A DNA stretch of 36,457 bases from a virus. The translations under genes and the position numbers were made by a program. Under the pieces are notes generated by a model that saw nothing but the letters and a program-made list of their open reading frames with translations, was not told where the DNA came from and searched no databases. Every line of letters starts with the position of its first letter. Within the stretch, counting starts at the first letter, position 1. Below are positions 29,747 through 36,457 of this stretch, piece by piece. The stretch lies in UHGV virus genome UHGV-0171044. One strand, 5' to 3'.

Positions 29747-31857
29747 TGGCCTATAGTCGTGAACAGTTGATGACGGCGTTAAGGAATGCTGATGCTGCCG
29801 GCGATACTGAGGGAGCACGTCGCATTGCTCAGATGCTGTCTTCTGATGATCAATCCACTCAAAACCAATCGCAGCCAGAAGAACAATCTCTGGTAGGAAA
29901 AGCTACTGACTGGCTCACTGGTGGTCAAAGTGCAGGGCAAATTGCAGAACAGGCTGGTCGTGGTCTGGTAAACATACCATTTGACGTATTGCAGGGTGGC
30001 GCAAGTCTGATTAATGCAATCAGCCAGGGGCTTGGTGGTCCAAAGGTTTTGGATGATGTTTATCGCCCTGTCGATCGACCTACAGACCCTTACGCGCAAG
30101 CCGGTGAAACAATTGGTGGGTATCTCCTGCCAATTGGCACAGCGGCAAAAGCTGTTGGAGCGACAGCAAAGCTCGCTGGAGATATCGGTTCCGCAGGAAA
30201 CATGATTGCAGGTTCTCTTGCTGATGCTGCAAATCAGGAGGGCGACTTTGCACAAAATGCTGCCATTAACGGTGGTATCAATATTGGTGCTCAAGGCGTT
30301 CTTTCAGGTGTCGGGCGCGTTATTGCGCCAAGAGTTTCACAGGCTCTTGGTGGTGCAGCACTGAATTCTGCTAATGATGTTTCCAGGATGGCAAAGTCAG
30401 GTGCTGGGCGTCAGTCAATTGCCAGTCAGGCCGCTAATGTGTCCGAAGATGTAGCAAAAGCGGCTGAGTCTGCTGGAATTGATATAAACGCATTAACACC
30501 AGGAATGCGATCTGGAAGTCGTGGAATTGCACAAGCCGAAGGCGCATTGGCATCAACACCAGGAATTGTTCAGGATGCCCATCAGGCAGCATTTAACGAA
30601 ATATCATCAAAGTTAAGTCGAAACCTTGATGAATTTGGGGCCGCATCTGGAACGGCATCAGAAAAAAGTGCGGCTATAAAACAAAGGATTCTTCAAAATC
30701 TTGATCAGATGAAGGATGCCGAGCGCGCGGCATGGGATGACGTGCGGTCAACAATGCCAAATCAAAAAGCAAGAATGCTAAATGGTAATGCCGTTATTCA
30801 GGCAGAGCGATCTGCTGGCATACCGCTTACTCCTGAAATGAAACAGTTTGTTCAGGCAAACAATCAAGGTGGAGTAACATTTGATGGCATGAAAGCATGG
30901 AGAGCGAAATTTGCTGATGCTGAGCAAAAATATAAGCGTAGCGGAGAGGCAAATGCGGCAAGGAGAGCAGGGGAAATACGCCGGGCAATTACTGATGATA
31001 TGCGCACAATGGCGGAAAACGGCGGATTTCTTGATGACTGGCAAAAAGCTAATGATCTGTCTAAAGCGAGGCTATCCGCACAAGAGAGTGCAGAGTCTGT
31101 TTTTGGGCGTGATTTGGCAACAGATGCACTGATTACGAATGGAGTAAAATCTCTTCAATCATCGTCAGCTAAAGGTCTTAATGGTCCTGCTGGATTCCAT
31201 TCTATGATCCGCGCGCTGCCAGAATCAGAGCGTGTTCCTGCTATATCATCAATGTTGCAGGATGCTATCTCGCATGGTGTACGTGGTGGCAAATCTGATG
31301 CAGCAGGAATTAACCATATCGCAGGGATACTTACCCCACAAAATGTAAAAGCCATTAGCAGATATTCCTCAGAACTTGGAAGAATTGCTGATGCATATGG
31401 CACTCTTGCAAGAGCGGCAGTGAAGCCTCAGCAGTATATTGAAAGAACAGGGAGAACAGCCAATGTTCTACGTGATCTTGACGCTGGTTTATCCAACGTT
31501 ACCTCAACAGTATTAAATGCAATTGCAAACTCAACGTCGGGTGCCATTGTTGGTGGAGCAGGTGGGGGCATTGCAGGCGCGGCCGCAGGTGCTTTAGTTG
31601 GCGCCGGGTTAAAAGGTGCTGTATCTAAAATTGCCACCACGCGTAGCGGTCGATATGCGATAGAGAAAGCAGTTCAGGAAGCCACGAAAGCAGTAAGAGC
31701 TGGCGGAAGTAAAGAAGCATTAGCGGCGGCGGAACGCAGATTTATGGCAAATAAAGCCGCCGTAAAAGCAATACGTGATGCAGTTGGAAACGAAGAGTTC
31801 AATCGCTTAGCGAGGGCTGGCATTGTAGCGTCGCTAAGCGGAATAGCACAGGAGTAA
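29746..31857 (+). CDS. ejection protein (P22 gp16-like)
   Basis: 703-aa Ala/Gly-rich protein, last gene of the late operon. Confidence 0.75.
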
Positions 31858-32181
31858 TTAATCATCCATGGATGGATTGAGCTTATCTCGTGTTGATGTG
31901 GCGATTTGTCCTACATTCCTAAGCCAAGATTTCAAATCCTTGATATTGTCATTGATTTCATGAATATCTTCTTTTTTTAGTCTGTTAATACTATTCTCAA
32001 TAATTTCAATGGATTGCTCAATATCAGATATAGTGAATGATAGTTTGTTCTTCTCATCTTTTATTGAGTTTTTAAGTGCTTCGTTCTCAGTCTTGAGGTC
32101 AGATATCTTTTGTTTTAAAGATGCCAGTTGGTACTGAACCACAATGAGTGCGATAGCTATCACGATAACTGTTGTATACAC
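31858..32181 (-). CDS. membrane-anchored coiled-coil protein of unknown function
   Basis: GTG start with GGAGG at 5 nt; N-terminal transmembrane helix then a Lys/Glu-rich coiled coil; AT-rich gene convergent with gp16, at the position of P22 sieA. Confidence 0.55.
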   Translation of the reverse strand: MYTTVIVIAIALIVVQYQLASLKQKISDLKTENEALKNSIKDEKNKLSFTISDIEQSIEIIENSINRLKKEDIHEINDNIKDLKSWLRNVGQIATSTRDKLNPSMDD

Positions 32182-32299
32182 ACCAACCTCCTTAGTTTTG
32201 AGCAGGATACCATGAAAAAAGTAAACATCTTTTGCCTACTTCACATTTGAATGGTTTGTCATTAGGATGTTTCCGGTTTTTTCAAATATGGAAATTGAT

Positions 32300-32719
32300 A
32301 TGAAGAGGATTATCGGCGTTGTTGCTGGCGCTATATTGTTATCTGGGTGCGCAACTATTGTTGGTGACGAAACACAGCTCGTGCAAGTGAACAGCAATCC
32401 TTCCGGTGCGAGCTTTAAAGTAAAAGACGAATCAGGCGTGATTGTTGCGCAAGGCAAGACCCCGCAAGGAGTAACTCTTGCCAAGTCAGATGGTAGTTAT
32501 TTTGGCAAAAAGAGCTACCAGATCACTATGGAAAAGGATGGGTACGAACCAGTTACCCTGCCAATCAAAGCCAATGCTAATGGTTGGTATATTGGTGGAA
32601 ACCTTGTGTTTGGTGGGTTAATTGGTTGGCTTGCTGTAGATCCTTTTAATGGTGGGATGTATACCTTGAAGCCAAAAGAGGCAAACGCATCTCTTATACC
32701 ATCAACAAAGCAAGACTAA
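32300..32719 (+). CDS. lipoprotein with PEGA-like beta domain and Gly-rich C-terminal motif
   Basis: signal peptide with lipobox LLSGC; VQVNSNPSGASFKV ... GKTPQGV ... KDGYEPV resembles a PEGA domain; own upstream AT-rich region and downstream terminator. Confidence 0.65.
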   Translation: MKRIIGVVAGAILLSGCATIVGDETQLVQVNSNPSGASFKVKDESGVIVAQGKTPQGVTLAKSDGSYFGKKSYQITMEKDGYEPVTLPIKANANGWYIGGNLVFGGLIGWLAVDPFNGGMYTLKPKEANASLIPSTKQD

Positions 32720-32727
32720 TAAATAGG

Positions 32728-32750
32728 ACCCACCTTCAGGTGGGTTTTTT
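32728..32750 (+). terminator. rho-independent terminator after the lipoprotein gene
   Basis: ACCCACC-TTCA-GGTGGGT followed by TTTTTT; the mnt stop codon lies in the loop region. Confidence 0.7.
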
Positions 32751-32987
32751 GTACAAATACTTCAGCGTATCAAACACCATCTTCTTAACAAGCTCTGACT
32801 GCTCATCAGCGAGTCGTTCTGCATCGTCGCGATATCCAGTCACAGGCGATGGTTTTGATAGAGCATCTTGGACGATTTGTAACAACTCGGAGTTCATTGA
32901 TCTCCCATTCGCCTCCGCCCTGAATTTTAATTTCTCCCTTACTTCCATAGGCATACGGAAGTTAAAGTGCGGATCATCTCTAGCCAT
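32736..32987 (-). CDS. mnt: Mnt repressor (ribbon-helix-helix, immI)
   Basis: MARDDPHFNFRMPMEVREKLKFRAEANGRSMNSELLQIV is an RHH fold as in P22 Mnt; divergent from arc. Confidence 0.85.
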   Translation of the reverse strand: MARDDPHFNFRMPMEVREKLKFRAEANGRSMNSELLQIVQDALSKPSPVTGYRDDAERLADEQSELVKKMVFDTLKYLYKKPT

Positions 32988-33009
32988 GCCATCACTCCAA
33001 GTTAGTGTA

Positions 33010-33062
33010 TTGACATGATAGAAGCACTCTACTATATTCTCAATAGGTCCACCGTGGACCTA
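33010..33062 (+). promoter_or_regulatory. Pant/Pmnt region with Arc and Mnt operators
   Basis: TTGACA then ATGATAGAAGCACTCTACTAT (Arc operator) and palindrome TAGGTCCACCGTGGACCTA (Mnt operator), matching the P22 immI layout as recalled. Confidence 0.75.
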
Positions 33063-33077
33063 TATTGTGAGGTGAAT

Positions 33078-33239
33078 ATGAAAGGAATGAGCAAGATGCC
33101 GCAGTTCAATTTGCGGTGGCCTAAAGAAGTATTGGATTTGGTACGCAAGGTGGCGGAAGAGAATGGTCGGTCTGTTAACTCTGAGATTTATCAGAGAGTA
33201 ATGGAAAGCTTTAAGAAGGAAGGGCGCATTGGCGCGTAA
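33078..33239 (+). CDS. arc: Arc repressor
   Basis: [53 protein letters not shown] is essentially P22 Arc; GAGGTGA RBS; the track ORF is over-extended. Confidence 0.9.
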   Translation: MKGMSKMPQFNLRWPKEVLDLVRKVAEENGRSVNSEIYQRVMESFKKEGRIGA

Positions 33240-33307
33240 AGTTGAAGCCCCAACTGCGGGAACAGTCAGGGCTTCGGTATCAACAAATCGGATTAGGAAA
33301 TATTGAC

Positions 33308-34180
33308 ATGAAAAGTATAGCAAAGGCACAAAACGATTTCACCATCTTCAAATTCGGCGACAGTGAAATCCGCGTCATCAACAAATGCGGTGAGCCGTGG
33401 TTTGTAGCAAAAGATGTTTGTGATGCTTTAACCCTGACTAACTCACGCAAGGCGCTTACTGCACTTGATGACGATGAAAAGGGAGTAACTTTAAGTTACA
33501 CCCTTGGTGGTGAGCAGAATCTAAGCATTGTTAGCGAATCAGGTATGTATACATTGGTTCTGCGCTGCCGCGATGCTGTCAATAAAGGTTCGGTCCCGCA
33601 CAAATTCCGCAAGTGGGTAACAGCAGAAGTTCTACCTTCAATTCGCAAACATGGCGAGTATGTGAAAGGCAAGAAAACCACTGTTGAGGAAAGAACGCCG
33701 CTACGCGATGCAGTAAACATGCTGGTAGGAAAGAAAGGACTTCGCTATGACGATGCATACAATATGGTTCATCAGCGTTTTGGTATTGACAGCATTGATG
33801 AACTTTCAATTGAACAAATCCCGCTGGCCGTAGAGTACATCCACAGGGTAGTGCTTGAAGGCGAGTTCATCGGCAAACAAGAGAAGAACGAGCTTTCTGC
33901 AAAAGAAGCAAACAGCCTTGTATGGTTATGGGATTATGCCAACCGCTCACAGGCATTATTCCGCGAACTGTATCCGGCGCTAAAACAAATTCAATCGAAC
34001 TATTCCGGCAGATGCTACGACTACGGTCATGAATTCTCGTATGTTATCGGAATGGCGAGAGACGTTTTAATCAATCACACACGAGATGTTGATATCAATG
34101 AGCCAGACGGACCAACGAATCTTTCCGCATGGATGAGACTTAAGAATAAAGAATTACCTCCTTCAGTACATAACTACTGA
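33308..34180 (+). CDS. ant: antirepressor Ant
   Basis: follows arc in immI; AGGAAA RBS before the ATG at 33308 (the track start at 33242 is GTG and would run into arc). Confidence 0.8.
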   Translation: MKSIAKAQNDFTIFKFGDSEIRVINKCGEPWFVAKDVCDALTLTNSRKALTALDDDEKGVTLSYTLGGEQNLSIVSESGMYTLVLRCRDAVNKGSVPHKFRKWVTAEVLPSIRKHGEYVKGKKTTVEERTPLRDAVNMLVGKKGLRYDDAYNMVHQRFGIDSIDELSIEQIPLAVEYIHRVVLEGEFIGKQEKNELSAKEANSLVWLWDYANRSQALFRELYPALKQIQSNYSGRCYDYGHEFSYVIGMARDVLINHTRDVDINEPDGPTNLSAWMRLKNKELPPSVHNY

Positions 34181-34197
34181 CAGATAACCAACGCGAC

Positions 34198-34222
34198 AAC
34201 CCAGCTTCGGCTGGGTTTTTTT
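34198..34222 (+). terminator. rho-independent terminator after ant
   Basis: AACCCAGC-TTCG-GCTGGGTT followed by TTTTTTT. Confidence 0.75.
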
Positions 34223-34280
34223 ATGCCCAAAATTCATCGTAGCCATGCTTCGGTGATTCCTTGTATCTGGAGCAAATTAA

Positions 34281-36407
34281 ATGACAGATTCAATAAATGC
34301 CAATGTTGTAGTGAGTATGCCTTCGCAACTCTTCACTATGGCTCGTTCTTTTAAAGCCGTAGCTAATGGAAAGATTTATATCGGTAAAATTGACACTGAC
34401 CCGGTAAACCCTGAAAACCAGATTCAGGTTTATGTGGAGAACGAAGATGGCTCTCACGTTCCTGTTTCACAACCAATCATCATTAACGCTGCTGGTTATC
34501 CGGTATATAACGGACAGATTGCCAAATTCGTTACCGTGCAAGGCCATTCTATGGCTGTTTATGATGCATATGGGGCGCAGCAGTTCTATTTTCCTAATGT
34601 GTTGAAGTACGACCCTGATCAACTACGGCAGCAATTAGAAGACCCGGATGGAGCTAAAAAATATCCTGAATTGCAGATATCTCGGTGGAGGGACGATTGT
34701 GATGTAAGAGGGTGGGGGGCAAAAGGCGATGGTATAACAGATGATACATCTGCATTGATCCTGGCTGCAGAATATGCACGAGAATCATCCAGAACATTAC
34801 GAGCGGAAGGTGATTTTATTATTACGGAGACATTAAATCTTCGTAATGTCAGCCTAGAAATGACCAATGCTGTTTTTACCATATCCCACTCAGGGATAGG
34901 GGTATTGCTTGGCGGGAATGCATCAAACCCTAACAACCCAAGACAAAACTTCGGAACGATTATCAGAAATTCTGGTATTTCATCTGAAACGACACCGGAT
35001 ATTCGTATTATCGGGGCAAAAGGGCAGCATATTAACATTGAGCGTTGCGACTACTTACAGTTATATGCAAACTCTGATGATTCAGTATATGAAACAGATT
35101 ATTCTATAGCCTACTCAACCTTTAACCTGAAAAAGGTCGATACAATTCATTTTCTTGGTGTAGTTAGAGGTTGGATAAACGAAAACAAGTTTTACCTAAA
35201 CAGGACAAATAATGTGATTATTGCTGATAATCCGTATTCACATAATCACAACAAGTTTTTTGGTGGAACGATGGAGAATACTGGGGTTATTGATATTCAG
35301 CGTGGTAATAATAATCATTTTTACGGACTCCGTTTTGAGCGCAGACCAGACAACCCAGATGACACACAAAGAATTAATTTTGGTAGTTATACGTGGAATA
35401 ATTCTGTTCAGGCATCATGGCTTAGCTTTTCTGCATATACCAATGAACCATATAACCCAAACAATCTTGTAACTGTCACTGATAATGGTAATGGAAATGC
35501 TGTATATCATATTCAGGAAGAACTAACTAATGAAGTGTCGCTTTTTTCAGTGAGTGAGAAAACGCCATTTTTATCAAGCGTTAATATGGGAAGTTCAGAT
35601 ACACCTGATTATGTTACAGATGTAAAAAATGTGCGAAATTTAATTCATCTTGTTAATGGTAGTTTTGCTATTGGACGTAACTTCAGGACAATTTGGGAAT
35701 CAGGTGATATAAGCGTCAGGAATGGCGATGTGTTTGCATTTACTTCTGATGTCAGCGCATTCCGCATAAGGGTTTATGGAATTGACGAGAATGGCAGTGT
35801 TATTACAAATGAGCCTGAAGGGATTGGTTTTCCAGGGGCTTCATGGGATGATGAAAACAGTCGTTTTACTACCCAGTCTAACATCGGTAATGCAAAGTTT
35901 AGGATAACCGACAAAGGAGGAGTAAAATCAATAAGGGTTGTCATTCTGTCGGGTGGTAATACATCTGGAATTACCTTCAAATATATCAGATTTACCGGAA
36001 GATATTATAAGGATAGTTCTGCGTATCCTCGAAGAAATATGGATGATCATAATATCCACAGGTCTGGTGCTGTGATGTTTAATTCATCACTTGATGTCAA
36101 AATGGAAAATATAGCATCAGGTGTTACCTGTTATGTAAAAGATGCATCTGATGTTAAGGTTAATATATTCAGAAATAGATACGTTGTTAAATCGGTGTCC
36201 GGAAATACTATATATGTGCGTAACCAGGATGAAATTTCATATTCTGGTCCTTATGATGACTTTAAAGTTGCATATACTAGCGGGGCAAAAAATATGATTT
36301 CTGATGTTTCAGGAATTTCATCTAATGCAATAACGTTATCAGGTAGTGTTCCTTCTGAAATATCAGAAGGAAGCAATATTGATTTGATTAAAATATTAAC
36401 GAAGTAG
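34281..36407 (+). CDS. tailspike: P22-type head-binding N-domain plus divergent beta-helix receptor-binding domain
   Basis: first ~115 aa ([38 protein letters not shown] ... NVLKYDPDQ) match the P22 gp9 head-binding domain; the remainder carries a [11 protein letters not shown] motif typical of pectate-lyase-like beta-helix enzymes and does not match P22 endorhamnosidase. Confidence 0.9.
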   Translation: MTDSINANVVVSMPSQLFTMARSFKAVANGKIYIGKIDTDPVNPENQIQVYVENEDGSHVPVSQPIIINAAGYPVYNGQIAKFVTVQGHSMAVYDAYGAQQFYFPNVLKYDPDQLRQQLEDPDGAKKYPELQISRWRDDCDVRGWGAKGDGITDDTSALILAAEYARESSRTLRAEGDFIITETLNLRNVSLEMTNAVFTISHSGIGVLLGGNASNPNNPRQNFGTIIRNSGISSETTPDIRIIGAKGQHINIERCDYLQLYANSDDSVYETDYSIAYSTFNLKKVDTIHFLGVVRGWINENKFYLNRTNNVIIADNPYSHNHNKFFGGTMENTGVIDIQRGNNNHFYGLRFERRPDNPDDTQRINFGSYTWNNSVQASWLSFSAYTNEPYNPNNLVTVTDNGNGNAVYHIQEELTNEVSLFSVSEKTPFLSSVNMGSSDTPDYVTDVKNVRNLIHLVNGSFAIGRNFRTIWESGDISVRNGDVFAFTSDVSAFRIRVYGIDENGSVITNEPEGIGFPGASWDDENSRFTTQSNIGNAKFRITDKGGVKSIRVVILSGGNTSGITFKYIRFTGRYYKDSSAYPRRNMDDHNIHRSGAVMFNSSLDVKMENIASGVTCYVKDASDVKVNIFRNRYVVKSVSGNTIYVRNQDEISYSGPYDDFKVAYTSGAKNMISDVSGISSNAITLSGSVPSEISEGSNIDLIKILTK

Positions 36408-36457
36408 GATTAAATGCATGGAATATAGAACCGGACATTTTATTGCAATTGATATAA

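Noticed and set aside
33242-33307. N-terminal extension of ant from the GTG at 33242
   Set aside because: Would start inside the arc stop region and cover the arc-ant intercistronic segment; the ATG at 33308 has an RBS.

Overview
The window is almost entirely one mosaic lambdoid prophage (enterobacterial, P22-like/Sf6-HK620-type short-tailed morphogenesis), running from xis at the left edge to the tailspike at the right edge. All calls are from reading the sequence and ORF track against remembered protein families; no searches were run. Layout: (1) a leftward early operon on the minus strand, 7805 down to 50: cI, a secreted protein, N, four small accessory ORFs, cIII, kil, a Rad52-like annealase, ssb, Ea22-like, DUF551, ASCH, xis; (2) a phage-434-type immunity region (cI, cro, ACAAnnnnnnTTGT operators) flanked by lambda-type nutL and nutR; (3) a rightward operon: cII, an O-like initiator with internal origin iterons, a toprim primase-helicase, a nin region (ninB/E/F/H, YbcO-like, rusA), Q, pR'/tR', two tRNA genes; (4) a phage-21-type lysis cassette (pinholin, SAR endolysin, Rz/Rz1); (5) P22/Sf6-like terminase, portal, scaffold, coat, tail hub, needle and ejection proteins; (6) a two-gene membrane/lipoprotein insertion at the sieA position, the immI region (mnt, arc, ant) and a tailspike with a divergent receptor-binding domain. 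The best candidates for undescribed biology are the signal-peptide protein translationally coupled to cI, the membrane-protein/lipoprotein pair between the ejection genes and mnt, the uncharacterised small-ORF cluster between N and cIII, and an SSB whose conserved acidic tip is capped by a 15-residue extension. No CRISPR array or transposable element was seen.
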